In this document: positions 29,191-38,657 of the stretch, one piece after another
Position numbering within the stretch: the first letter of the stretch is position 1
How the letters are laid out: each line of letters begins with the position of its first letter
From: Patescibacteria group bacterium
Lineage (GTDB): Bacteria; Patescibacteriota; Patescibacteriia; UBA10025; JAHIVO01
Length of the DNA: 64,000 nucleotides
Assembly (NCBI GenBank): GCA_041660605.1
Contig: JBAZWB010000001.1
Location: 201,295 to 265,294 of the forward strand
Direction: 5' to 3'
Program-made: the position numbers and the translations under genes
The notes under the pieces: model-generated
Seen by the model: only the letters and a program-made list of their open reading frames with translations
Databases searched by the model: none
What the model was told of the DNA's origin: nothing

Positions 29191-31014
29191 ATGATTAAGA
29201 CTATAATTAATTTTCGGGCGCCAGCCATATATGCTTTTATTGCAGCGCCGATATTTTTTATATTTTTAATGATTGCCCCACACGCACAAGCCGCTACCGG
29301 TGAAGAGGGCGTTTTTGGCGTAAATGTCGGATTAGAATTGCGTTACCAGCAAAATGAGGAAGAAACGGCAATTGATAAAATCAATAGCCTGAATATCAAA
29401 TGGGTGCGCGAAGAATTCAACTGGAACGTGATCGAACCCTCTGAAGGCGTCTATGACTGGAATGGCTTTGGCAGGATAATGGGGCAATACGACCAGGCCG
29501 GAATAAATGTCCTCGGAGTCCTGGCCTATAGCGCCGATTGGGCTTCTACGGCTCCGGATGACATTACGACAAATAGAGACAAATATGCTCCGCAAACCGA
29601 GGCCTGGGCAAGCTTTGTTACCGCGGTAGTCAGCCGCTATCCGGAAATAAAATACTGGGAAGTATGGAATGAGCCGAATCATTCAGCTTTTTTAATAGCC
29701 GATGATCCGGTCACGGAGTATAAAAATATTCTTCAGACGGCCTCGCAGGCGATCCGTTCCGCCAATACTTCCGCCAAGGTTGTGACCGGAGGCTTGTCCG
29801 GCTCTGACTCCGATTTTATCCGGCGCCTGTACTGGAGCGGGGCCAATGAATATTTTGACATTATCGCCATCCATCCCTACCGGTCTAACAACGGCTTGGG
29901 AATTTACGCTCCGGAAGAGAAGCAATTCGGCCTTAACAGCCTGGTCAATGATATTTACGTGATGAGAAGCATGATCAGGGCTTATGATCCCACCCCTGCG
30001 CCCATCTGGATCACGGAACTCGGCTGGTCAACTTACACCGGCGGCGTTTCCGAGGCCGCCCAGGCAAACTATCTGCAAAGGAGTTTCCTCCAGAGCCGCA
30101 TGTATCCGCAGGTAGAAAAAATCTTCTGGTACAATCTGCGGGACGATGAAGAGGCGGACAGCCAGGATAAAAATTTCGGCCTTTTTGATTACAACTGGAG
30201 GGAAAAACAGTCTGCCCGTGGCCTCAGGCAGTTAGCCACCTCGTACCCGTCATTAGCCGTCCAGGAAGACAGCGAATTATTCGACAAGCCGATCGAGGAA
30301 TTCCTGAATCCGGAACGCATTTCCGTGGAGTCGTATGATAACGGCAAACTGACGGGCAAGCAATCGGTAGCCAGACGTCCTGATATCAAAGCTGTCCGGG
30401 GCAAGGGCAGCGTGGGATTCCACTATGAATTCGCCAACAACGACGCCGCGCAATACAGAAAAATTATAATTCAGGGGATACCTTATTCCTGGTATGATAC
30501 GTTTGACCTCTGGTTATGGAGCGACGGCGGTATCCAGCCTGTCCGCTTCCGGATGAAAGACTCCACCGGCGAAATATTCCAGGTAAATGTGGGTTATACA
30601 GGCTACGGCTGGACAAGATTGAACCTCTCATTAAAAGATATTGAAAATAATTTTGTCTCCTGGGGAGGCAACGCCGACAAAAAGGTTGATTTTCCGGCAA
30701 CCTTAGACAGCATTATTATTGAAAAAAATCCAGAATCGCCAATTTTTTCTGGAGATATAGTCTTGAGCCGATTCACTTACCGCCGGCTTAGCCAGGCTTA
30801 CAGCCTCCGCTTCCAGCAAGCCGGCCGGAACATCTGGTCATTCTGGAAACAAAGCGGCCTGCCGGAAGTGGCCACGACTTATACTCCGCTGGACCGCCCG
30901 ATGAGCATGTGGAACCTGCGCGATACCGGCTTCCGCAATTTGCTGATTGTTGATATGCCGGTCCGCGATGTCATTATGTTCGGTCTGGAGGAGCAGCCGA
31001 TATTTATACAATAA
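29191..31014 (+). CDS. Secreted clan GH-A glycoside hydrolase (GH39/GH5-like) with a C-terminal CBM/FlaA-like domain
   Basis: Signal peptide (AQA); WEVWNEPN acid/base; IHPY; IWITELGW nucleophile; NFGL. Confidence 0.8.
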   Translation: MIKTIINFRAPAIYAFIAAPIFFIFLMIAPHAQAATGEEGVFGVNVGLELRYQQNEEETAIDKINSLNIKWVREEFNWNVIEPSEGVYDWNGFGRIMGQYDQAGINVLGVLAYSADWASTAPDDITTNRDKYAPQTEAWASFVTAVVSRYPEIKYWEVWNEPNHSAFLIADDPVTEYKNILQTASQAIRSANTSAKVVTGGLSGSDSDFIRRLYWSGANEYFDIIAIHPYRSNNGLGIYAPEEKQFGLNSLVNDIYVMRSMIRAYDPTPAPIWITELGWSTYTGGVSEAAQANYLQRSFLQSRMYPQVEKIFWYNLRDDEEADSQDKNFGLFDYNWREKQSARGLRQLATSYPSLAVQEDSELFDKPIEEFLNPERISVESYDNGKLTGKQSVARRPDIKAVRGKGSVGFHYEFANNDAAQYRKIIIQGIPYSWYDTFDLWLWSDGGIQPVRFRMKDSTGEIFQVNVGYTGYGWTRLNLSLKDIENNFVSWGGNADKKVDFPATLDSIIIEKNPESPIFSGDIVLSRFTYRRLSQAYSLRFQQAGRNIWSFWKQSGLPEVATTYTPLDRPMSMWNLRDTGFRNLLIVDMPVRDVIMFGLEEQPIFIQ

Positions 31015-31080
31015 TTTAATAAATTATCTTTTAGAATTTTTAAGGCGCCTGTGGCCGGATAAGCAGGGCGTGCTTTTTTG

Positions 31081-31103
31081 TAAATGCAAGTCACTTGCAT
31101 TTA
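31081..31103. promoter_or_regulatory. Putative Zur box
   Basis: Perfect 11-1-11 palindrome TAAATGCAAGT-C-ACTTGCATTTA just upstream of the zur-znu operon. Confidence 0.75.
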
Positions 31104-31129
31104 ATCATGGTTAATATTATAATACTGTC

Positions 31130-31519
31130 ATGGAAAACGAGGCTAACAAAATAATCAAGCAGGCAGGCCTGAAAATAACCCCTGGCCGGGTAGCTATATT
31201 AGGATATTTAATTAATACTGAAAATCCGGTATCAGCTGAAGCGATTTTTAAACAATTAGATAGGAAGTTTGATTTAGTGACAATTTACCGAAATCTCGCT
31301 TCATTTGCCGAAAAAGGGATTGTTTTCCAGGAAGCGATCGACCGGTCGGATCGCTATTATTATGCCAAAGCAGAACACCACCACATAGTCTGCCGCTCGT
31401 GCCATACGGTGGCTTGCGTACCCTGCACGCATGTCTTAAAAAAAGTCAACAATTTTACCAAGGTTACCCACCAGTTTATTCTCCGGGGCTTGTGCGCGAA
31501 ATGCAGCGCCAAGCAGTAA
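31130..31519 (+). CDS. zur: Fur-family regulator, probably Zur
   Basis: GLKITPGR, VTIYRNL, HHHIVCRSC, GLCAKC; leads znuACB. Confidence 0.8.
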   Translation: MENEANKIIKQAGLKITPGRVAILGYLINTENPVSAEAIFKQLDRKFDLVTIYRNLASFAEKGIVFQEAIDRSDRYYYAKAEHHHIVCRSCHTVACVPCTHVLKKVNNFTKVTHQFILRGLCAKCSAKQ

Positions 31520-31540
31520 TGATTTATTTTAATTATTCCA

Positions 31541-32464
31541 ATGAATAAAAAAGCGGCACTTTTCTTAATAATAGTTTTTTTGCTGGCCGGCGGGGTGATT
31601 TATTTCAAACAGCGGGGGAGCAACAGCGTTAATAATTCGCAAACGCAAAAAGTTGTCGTGGCGGCCACGATTTTTCCTTTATCTGACATTACCAGGCAGA
31701 TCGGCGGTGATTTAATTGAAGTAAAAAATATCCTGCCATCGGGAGCCAGTCCGCATACTTTTGAACTGCGGCCATCGGATATCGCCGGGCTGCGGTCAGC
31801 TAAAATAATATTTGCCATTGGCAACAACCTTGATTCTTGGGTGGATGAGGCGGTGCAAAACAGCAGCCAGGCCCGTCTGGTGTCGGTTGACCAGGGCGTG
31901 CAGCTGAAAAATTTTCCTCCGCTAGACGCTTCCCTAGAATCAAGCGAGGCCGGCGGCATTGATCCGCACTACTGGCTGTCAATTATCAATGCCCGTTTGA
32001 TCGCCCGCACCATTACTGATAATTTAATTGCACTACAGCCGGAAAATGCGGATGAATTCAATAATAATTTAAAACAATATCAAGGGGAATTAGATTCGTT
32101 GGAAACGGAAATGAAAGGTTTGTTATCAGATAAGAGGATAGGTGATTTGATCGTTTTCCATGAATCATGGGCGTATTTTGCCGATGAATTCGGCCTGACT
32201 ATTGCTGGCGTGTTTGAGCCGCGGCCGGGCCAGGAACCCACGCCGAAATATCTGCAGGCGCTTTATAAATCAGCCAAAGATCATAATGTCAAAGTTGTTT
32301 TCACTGAGCCTCAGCTGGCTTCGGATTTGATCAATCCATTTGTGCAGGATTTGGGCTTAAGCATCTCCACCCTTGACCCGTTGGGCGGCAGCGGGCAGCG
32401 CGACAGCTATATCAATATGATGCGATACAATGCCCGGGAAATTCATAATGCTTTTATAAAATAA
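31541..32464 (+). CDS. znuA: Zn/Mn ABC transporter substrate-binding protein
   Basis: SPHTFE, DPHYWLS, FHESW, LDPLG. Confidence 0.85.
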   Translation: MNKKAALFLIIVFLLAGGVIYFKQRGSNSVNNSQTQKVVVAATIFPLSDITRQIGGDLIEVKNILPSGASPHTFELRPSDIAGLRSAKIIFAIGNNLDSWVDEAVQNSSQARLVSVDQGVQLKNFPPLDASLESSEAGGIDPHYWLSIINARLIARTITDNLIALQPENADEFNNNLKQYQGELDSLETEMKGLLSDKRIGDLIVFHESWAYFADEFGLTIAGVFEPRPGQEPTPKYLQALYKSAKDHNVKVVFTEPQLASDLINPFVQDLGLSISTLDPLGGSGQRDSYINMMRYNAREIHNAFIK

Positions 32465-33183
32465 TGAACGACAAACCAAAAATTTTAGAAATGGAAAAAG
32501 TCAGCGTCACGCTGGGCGGCGCCGTGATTGTCAATAATATCAGCGCGGTCGTGGAGCAGGGCGAGGTGCTGGCGATTATCGGGCCAAACGGCGCCGGCAA
32601 GACCACGCTGGTCAAAGCCATTCTCGGCTTCCTGCCTTTCACCGGCAGGATCCGGTTGTTCGGACAGGGACCGCAAAAAAGCCTGCAGCGCGTGGGATAT
32701 GTGCCCCAGCGCTTCAGCTTTGACAAAAGCTTTCCCATTACCGTCAGGGAATTTATCCGTTTTTCCATGCACCAGAAGGATCCGAAAAGGCTGGAGCATT
32801 CATTATGGGAAGTGGAAATGGTATCACATCAAGACAAGCTTTTAGGAGATCTATCGGGTGGCCAGCTGCAGAGAGTTTTAATCGCGCGGGCGCTGGTTAA
32901 TAAGCCGGAAATATTATTTTTAGACGAGCCGACAGCCGGGATCGATCTGGGAGGAGAAAAGGATTTTTATCAGATCATGCAGCACCAGAATATTAAACAT
33001 CACCTGACCATCATTATGATTTCCCATGAAGTGAATATGGTTTATACCTATGCTACGCAGGTTTTGTGTTTAAATAAGGATTTATTCTGCTTCGGCCGGC
33101 CGAAAGAAGCGATCACGCAGGAAGTTTTGAAACAATTATACAGCGAGCGGGTGAAAATCACTCCGCATCATCATTCGCAGTAA
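32464..33183 (+). CDS. znuC: Zn/Mn ABC transporter ATPase
   Basis: GPNGAGKT, GYVPQ, LSGGQLQRVLIARAL, LCLN, His tail. Confidence 0.85.
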   Translation: MNDKPKILEMEKVSVTLGGAVIVNNISAVVEQGEVLAIIGPNGAGKTTLVKAILGFLPFTGRIRLFGQGPQKSLQRVGYVPQRFSFDKSFPITVREFIRFSMHQKDPKRLEHSLWEVEMVSHQDKLLGDLSGGQLQRVLIARALVNKPEILFLDEPTAGIDLGGEKDFYQIMQHQNIKHHLTIIMISHEVNMVYTYATQVLCLNKDLFCFGRPKEAITQEVLKQLYSERVKITPHHHSQ

Positions 33184-33188
33184 AAAAT

Positions 33189-34004
33189 ATGGAGTTAATA
33201 GAAATAATAAAATTGCCATTTATGCAGCGCGCGTTAATAGCCGGCGTACTGCTGGCGGCTTTGCTGGCACTGCTCGGTATTTTCGTGATGCTGAAGAAAA
33301 TGGCTTTTTTCGCCGATGGCATTGCCCATGCCTCGCTGGCCGGCGTGGCCGTGGGGATTTTATTTTCCTGGAGCCCGCTGGGCGTGGCCCTCGCTGTCAG
33401 CGTCATATTTTCCCTGATCGTTTATTACCTGGAAACCAAGCACCATCTGGCATCAGACACCACTATCGGCATAATTTTCACTACTGGCATGGCTCTGGGC
33501 GTAATATTGCTAAGCTTTTCTCCGGGCTATCAGCCGGAGCTGATCAGTTTTCTATTCGGCAATGTTTTGAGCGTCAGCAATGGCGAGCTCTGGCTGATAA
33601 TGATCGTCAGTGTCGTGGCTTACGCTTTTATCCTTAAATATTTAAAAAGCCTGACGCTGATGACTATGGACGTGGAAATGGCCAGACTGACGGGAGCCAG
33701 GATAAATATTTTACAGCCGGCACTTTATGTTATCCTGGCAGTGGCGGTGGTGCTGGGCATCAAAGTGTTGGGTATTATTTTAGTCAGCGGCCTGCTAATC
33801 ATCCCGGTGGCGGTGGCCCGCCTTTTTTCCAGCTCCTTCCGGCAGTTTTCCATCTGGGGCATTGTCATGGCAGAGACGATGGTTGTTTTGGGAATTATCT
33901 TTTCCTATTTATTTGATCTGCCGACCGGGCCGGCGATTATTTTAACGGGTTCAATAATGTTCGTTATCGGCATTGGCATGTCTTTTTTCGGGAAGAAACG
34001 ATAA
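33189..34004 (+). CDS. znuB: Zn/Mn ABC transporter permease
   Basis: FMQRAL, DGIAHASLAG, LFGN, GIILVSGLLIIP. Confidence 0.85.
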   Translation: MELIEIIKLPFMQRALIAGVLLAALLALLGIFVMLKKMAFFADGIAHASLAGVAVGILFSWSPLGVALAVSVIFSLIVYYLETKHHLASDTTIGIIFTTGMALGVILLSFSPGYQPELISFLFGNVLSVSNGELWLIMIVSVVAYAFILKYLKSLTLMTMDVEMARLTGARINILQPALYVILAVAVVLGIKVLGIILVSGLLIIPVAVARLFSSSFRQFSIWGIVMAETMVVLGIIFSYLFDLPTGPAIILTGSIMFVIGIGMSFFGKKR

Positions 34005-34028
34005 GGGTTAGTCCACCCAGCAGAGCAA

Positions 34029-34065
34029 CCTGCCCGCCATAGCTCCGCTAGGAGCGGCAGGCGGG
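34029..34065. repeat. Short palindromic element, cctgcccgc...ggcaggcggg family, sitting in the loop of another hairpin
   Basis: Enclosed by gcagagc (34020-26) and gctctgc (34066-72). Confidence 0.7.
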
Positions 34066-34107
34066 GCTCTGCACCTACACATATTAAATAGTGCTATAAT
34101 TAAATAT

Positions 34108-34920
34108 ATGGAATTCAAATACGCCATTAAAAACGGCGAATTAATTGAAAAAGAAAAAGCCAATGTCTCTATTTACAATAAGCCGTATTTTTTTGATTTT
34201 TGCGTTTATTCAAACATAAAAGTAGTGCAGGGGAAAATGTTCATGCCGGAAGTGGAGATCGACCGTTTGTTTGCTTCCGCGGGGATCATCGGCCTGCAGC
34301 ATCCATTTGCCAAAGAAAAAATCAGGCAGTGGGTTAGTCAGTTGATTGAGAAAAATAATATTACCGACGCCTTAATCAGGCTTTTACTAATTGGTCCAGA
34401 TAAGGAAAACGAAGCTTTGCTGTTTTTATTTCCCGTTGGCCTGACTTTTTACCGCAAAGAATGGTATAAGGACGGCGCTAAATTAATAACTTTTCACGGC
34501 GAGCGTTTCATGCCTACGGCCAAGGTAAAAAGCCTGTTCATGTCTTATATGGGTTACAGCCGGGCACAGGAGCAGGGAGCTTATGACGCGCTTTTAATTG
34601 ACCGCGACGGAAATATTACCGAGGGCACGCGCTCCAGTTTTTTTGTGATCAAAGGCGACGTTTTAATCGCACCGCCGGCTGAAAAAGTGCTGGTCGGCGC
34701 CACTCGCACTATACTGATGAAAATCGCGCCGAAGATTTTAAAAGTTAAAGAGGCGGACATTCCCCTGGCGGAAATTAAAAATTTTGATGAATATTTTGTG
34801 ACTGGCACTTCAGTCAAGATCATGCCGGTGCGGCAGATTGACGATATTTTGCTGATTAATAAAGCCAGCGAAAAGATTAAGCAATTAAGCCAGACTTTTA
34901 GGGAATATTGCGCTAACTAG
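34108..34920 (+). CDS. Class IV PLP aminotransferase (IlvE/Dat/PabC family)
   Basis: RLF.SA, PTAK, DALL, ITEGT, L.G.TR, DEYFVTGT, PV..ID. Confidence 0.85.
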   Translation: MEFKYAIKNGELIEKEKANVSIYNKPYFFDFCVYSNIKVVQGKMFMPEVEIDRLFASAGIIGLQHPFAKEKIRQWVSQLIEKNNITDALIRLLLIGPDKENEALLFLFPVGLTFYRKEWYKDGAKLITFHGERFMPTAKVKSLFMSYMGYSRAQEQGAYDALLIDRDGNITEGTRSSFFVIKGDVLIAPPAEKVLVGATRTILMKIAPKILKVKEADIPLAEIKNFDEYFVTGTSVKIMPVRQIDDILLINKASEKIKQLSQTFREYCAN

Positions 34921-34944
34921 TTATTAAATAGAAAAATAAATGTT

Positions 34945-35715
34945 ATGTGGGTACATGAAAATGTGGCAATAATTTTGTTAGCGCTCATTTCTGGCTTGAC
35001 CACTATCATCGGCGTTTGGTTAGCTTACATTATCCACAGATTCCAGAAATTAATCGTGGCCGGCATTGGTTTTTCCACCGGCATAATGGTTTTAATATCG
35101 GTATTTGATTTAATTCCCGAATCCGCCGGTCAACTCGGGCTGTTAAGAACACTGCTCTTTGCTGCTGGTGGCGCGACGTTTTCTGCATTAATGAACCTGG
35201 CTATTCCTCACATGCATCTGATAAAAGAGCACGTGCGGCAACAAAATGGCAAACGCTTAGGAAATTTATCAATAACTGCCGCGTATTTAATTGCTTTTGG
35301 ATTAATCTTACACGATGTGCCCGAGGGATTTGCCATGGCTAATTCATACATCCATACCGCCTCATTGGGAATATTAGTGGCTATAGCCATCGCCTTGCAT
35401 AATATTCCGGAAGAGTTTGCTATGGCTTTGCCAATGATTGCCATGGGAAAAAGCCGAAAATTTTTATTTAGATTGGCGGTCATTTCTGGACTGGCTGAGC
35501 CGGTTGGCGCTGTTTTAGGTTTACTGGCGGCAAATTGGTTCACGGGAATAAATCATTTTTTACTGGCTTTCACGGCTGGCATTATGCTTTTTATTGCCTT
35601 GCATGAATTATGGCCAATGGCTTTGAAATACAAAAAATATGACTGCTTAATTTATGGGATTATGGCCAGTTTAGTAGTTTTTATCGTGTTACACGCAGCC
35701 ATACCAAGCCATTAA
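34945..35715 (+). CDS. ZIP family metal transporter (ZupT-like)
   Basis: LHDVPEG, LHNIPEE, SGLAEP.GA, AGIM. Confidence 0.88.
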   Translation: MWVHENVAIILLALISGLTTIIGVWLAYIIHRFQKLIVAGIGFSTGIMVLISVFDLIPESAGQLGLLRTLLFAAGGATFSALMNLAIPHMHLIKEHVRQQNGKRLGNLSITAAYLIAFGLILHDVPEGFAMANSYIHTASLGILVAIAIALHNIPEEFAMALPMIAMGKSRKFLFRLAVISGLAEPVGAVLGLLAANWFTGINHFLLAFTAGIMLFIALHELWPMALKYKKYDCLIYGIMASLVVFIVLHAAIPSH

Positions 35716-35732
35716 ACAAGTATTTCAAAAAC

Positions 35733-35784
35733 TTGACATTCTAACCTGTCAGGAGTATGTTTAGTTATGGGTATATATTCATAA
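35733..35784 (+). promoter_or_regulatory. sigma70 promoter with a downstream palindromic operator
   Basis: TTGACA-17-TATGTT; ttatgggtatatattcataa (35765-84) is 16/20 self-complementary. Confidence 0.55.
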
Positions 35785-35855
35785 TGTTGATAAGTTAAAT
35801 AATATGTTTTTGGCGAGTATAGGTAATATCAGGCTAATAATTTGTTATTAAAAAT

Positions 35856-36113
35856 ATGCCATATTTTGAAAAAGAAGGACAACTACGGCAAAAAACACTG
35901 GATATGGAGCGCGCCTCCAGATCATTGCGCGAAGAGCTGGAAGCGGTTGATTACTACCAGGAGCGGGTTGACGCGACTAAAGATGAGGAGTTAAAAAAGA
36001 TATTGGCTCACAACCGCGATGAGGAAAAAGAGCACGCGGCCATGTTGATTGAATGGATGCGGAAAAACGATCCGACTTTTGACAAGGAGTTTTCTGAACA
36101 TGATAAAGTGTAG
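35856..36113 (+). CDS. Encapsulin-associated-type ferritin-like protein (EncFtn fold)
   Basis: SL.EELEAVDYY.ER, ILAHNRDEEKEHAAML.EW.R..D. Confidence 0.85.
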   Translation: MPYFEKEGQLRQKTLDMERASRSLREELEAVDYYQERVDATKDEELKKILAHNRDEEKEHAAMLIEWMRKNDPTFDKEFSEHDKV

Positions 36114-36124
36114 CGAAGAATTTT

Positions 36125-36257
36125 TAATTTCTAAATCCTAATTTCTAGACAATATCTAATGTATAAAATTCTAATGTTCCAAACAGTGCAAATAAATAAG
36201 TCTATAATTTAGAACATTTGAATTTGGAATTTATTTAGGATTTCGTACTTCGAATTT
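36125..36257. repeat. AT-rich degenerate heptamer repeats in inverted arrangement
   Basis: Left arm aatttct aaatcct aatttct; right arm aatttgg aatttat ttaggatttcg. Confidence 0.45.
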
Positions 36258-36298
36258 TTTTAAAGGTCGTTTTAATCAATAAATAAGGAAATAAATTT

Positions 36299-36601
36299 AT
36301 GCCAAGGAAAAATGGGCAAGGTCCTGTCTGGGGCGGCGGCCCGGGTGCTGGTTGGGGCGCTGGTCCGTGTGGAGCTGGTAGAGGCGCGCGCGGCGGGTTG
36401 GGTAGGGGTTTCGGACGGGGCAAAGGCTGCGGCCTGGGCTGGGGCTTCATACCTGGCCGTATGTATGACGGCTATAACTACGGTTACCAGCTAAGCAAAG
36501 ACGAGGAGCTGAAAATGATGGAAGATGAGGAAGCGGCATTAAAAGAAGAATTGGAGGCTTTGCAAAAAGCCAAACAACAGCTGCAATCTGTGAAAAAATA
36601 A
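36299..36601 (+). CDS. DUF5320-like Gly-rich / coiled-coil protein
   Basis: MP...G.GP..GG, G.G.GPC, GRGFGRG, acidic coiled-coil C-terminus. Confidence 0.75.
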   Translation: MPRKNGQGPVWGGGPGAGWGAGPCGAGRGARGGLGRGFGRGKGCGLGWGFIPGRMYDGYNYGYQLSKDEELKMMEDEEAALKEELEALQKAKQQLQSVKK

Positions 36602-36694
36602 GGTAGTCCCGCTTATAATAACACTAAGGTTGGGCTAAAGAATATGAATTACAGCGGGACTATCCAGCCCAACTATATTGATGAAGAATAATTT

Positions 36695-36970
36695 ATGCCA
36701 AGACCGAGATTAAGAAGAAAGCTGTGCATCAACCCCGACGTATTTTATTTCAAACCACGGGGCGTGCCCTTAAACCAATTGAAAGTAATATCAGTTACCA
36801 GGGAAGAGCTGGAGGCTTTTTGGCTGGTAGATGTAAAAGGATACGAGCAAACCAGAGCGGCCCGGCATATGGGGACTTCACAGAGCACGATACAGCGCAT
36901 CCTTCAGTCGGCAAGAAAAAAAACAGCTCAAGCTCTTATCGAAGGCAAGGCGGTTGCTATTGAAAAATAA
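36695..36970 (+). CDS. DUF134 family HTH protein
   Basis: MPRP...R, YFKPRG, EELEA..L.D, Q..AA..MG.SQST..RIL..ARKK.A.AL.EGK. Confidence 0.9.
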   Translation: MPRPRLRRKLCINPDVFYFKPRGVPLNQLKVISVTREELEAFWLVDVKGYEQTRAARHMGTSQSTIQRILQSARKKTAQALIEGKAVAIEK

Positions 36971-37060
36971 TAGGATATCAGATGTAAGTAATATTTTCGC
37001 AGAATCAGTTTTTATTTGTGTTAATGTAAGTTTGATCGGGTATTAAAAGGCGTTAGATTC

Positions 37061-38233
37061 ATGAATAAACCATATTTTTTTAAAATTTTATTTTTTGGTT
37101 TGCTTATAGTGCCTGTGATGGTCTCCTTTTCAGATGGCGCTAAAGCCCAGACAGGCGAGGAGACGTTTAATGCCCGCGTGGCTGAAGTCTTGGAGCAAAA
37201 AACCGTCCCTTCAGAGGATGGCGCTCCTATTATTCAGCAAAAACTTAAATTAAAGGGTTTGTCCGGCAGTTGGGACGATAAGGAGATTATTTTTGACGGT
37301 ACGCAGCACGAAGTAATCTCCGCCAGCACTTATCAGGTGGGCGATAAGGTCATGGTTAATAGTTCCAAAGACGCGGATGGCAATGACGTGTTTTACGTCA
37401 CAGACTACGTCCGGCAGGGCGCGATCTACTGGCTGGCAGCATTATTCGCCTTGGTCGTGGTCGCTGTCGGCAGACTGAAAGGATTCCGGGCATTAATTGT
37501 TTTAATACTGACATTCTTGGTAATTCTGAAATTCATTGTTCCTAGAATCCTGGCAGGCAACAGCCCTTTATTTATCAGCATCGTCGGTTCATTATTTATT
37601 CTGGTTGTATCCGTCTATATCACCGAGGGATTTAAGCGCACCTCCACGGTGGCTGTTTTTTCAATATTCATCGCTTTAGTCATAACCGGACTTTTGTCCG
37701 TGTGGTTTACGGCTTTGACAAAATTAACCGGATTCGCCAGCGATGAGGCGATTTATTTGATGGGGCTAGCAGGCCAAAATATCAATGTTCAGGGATTGCT
37801 TTTAGCTGGCATTATTATAGGCGCACTTGGTGTTCTGGATGACGTAATTATTTCTCAGGTAATATTAGTAAAAGAATTAAAGCAAGCTAATTTACGGCTA
37901 TCTAACAGGCAGGTTTTTAGCCAAGCCATGAAAGTCGGTGTTTCCCATATGAGTGCCATGGTCAATACTTTATTTTTAGCTTATGCCGGGGCGGCCTTAC
38001 CACTGCTGATTTTATTCAGCGTCAAGGAACCGCCATTTTTAACTTTCAGTCAGGTTTTAAATAATGAAATAGTGGCCACGGAAATTGTCAGGACTTTGAC
38101 CGGCAGTGTCGGCTTGGTATTAGCTATGCCGATTGCCACCATACTGGCGGTATTTTTTATTTCAGCAAGTCATCAAACTCCAATTACACAAGAAAAAACT
38201 GTTCGAGATTATCAATCAGAATTGGAAAAATAG
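37061..38233 (+). CDS. YibE/F family membrane protein
   Basis: DY.R, AGIIIGALGVLDDV, MVNTL.LAYAG, EIVRTL.GS.G. Confidence 0.88.
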   Translation: MNKPYFFKILFFGLLIVPVMVSFSDGAKAQTGEETFNARVAEVLEQKTVPSEDGAPIIQQKLKLKGLSGSWDDKEIIFDGTQHEVISASTYQVGDKVMVNSSKDADGNDVFYVTDYVRQGAIYWLAALFALVVVAVGRLKGFRALIVLILTFLVILKFIVPRILAGNSPLFISIVGSLFILVVSVYITEGFKRTSTVAVFSIFIALVITGLLSVWFTALTKLTGFASDEAIYLMGLAGQNINVQGLLLAGIIIGALGVLDDVIISQVILVKELKQANLRLSNRQVFSQAMKVGVSHMSAMVNTLFLAYAGAALPLLILFSVKEPPFLTFSQVLNNEIVATEIVRTLTGSVGLVLAMPIATILAVFFISASHQTPITQEKTVRDYQSELEK

Positions 38234-38243
38234 CCATAATAAA

Positions 38244-38648
38244 ATGCAAAAACAACACGCACAAAAAAGTCTACTATTCATCGTCATAATTCCTGTAATT
38301 ATTATTTTATTTGGAATTGCTTTAGGTTTTTATTATTCATCATTGTCCGTACACCATCCGCAGAAAAATAAACAATCATGCGAAAGCGTTGGCGGAGAAT
38401 GGTCTGGTGATCAAAATAAATGTCTTTTGGCAAATAAAAAAGCCGGTGAAACTTGTACTGACGGAGCCCAATGCGAAAGCGGGATTTGCTTTCCACCGAC
38501 TTTAACTGACGAACAAAAAATTACGCTTGCTAAGGAGCCAATAAAAAATATAATCGGAATATGCTATTCGGATAATTTTCCAACTGGCTGCATCAAGCAG
38601 GTAATTATGGGCACAATTTCAAAAGAATCAATGTGCTTAGATGATTAA
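38244..38648 (+). CDS. Membrane-anchored Cys-rich protein
   Basis: TM anchor followed by C...GG.W...C and GETCTDGAQCESGIC. ATG 38244 preferred over the overlapping start at 38133. Confidence 0.65.
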   Translation: MQKQHAQKSLLFIVIIPVIIILFGIALGFYYSSLSVHHPQKNKQSCESVGGEWSGDQNKCLLANKKAGETCTDGAQCESGICFPPTLTDEQKITLAKEPIKNIIGICYSDNFPTGCIKQVIMGTISKESMCLDD

Positions 38649-38657
38649 ATTTAAACT

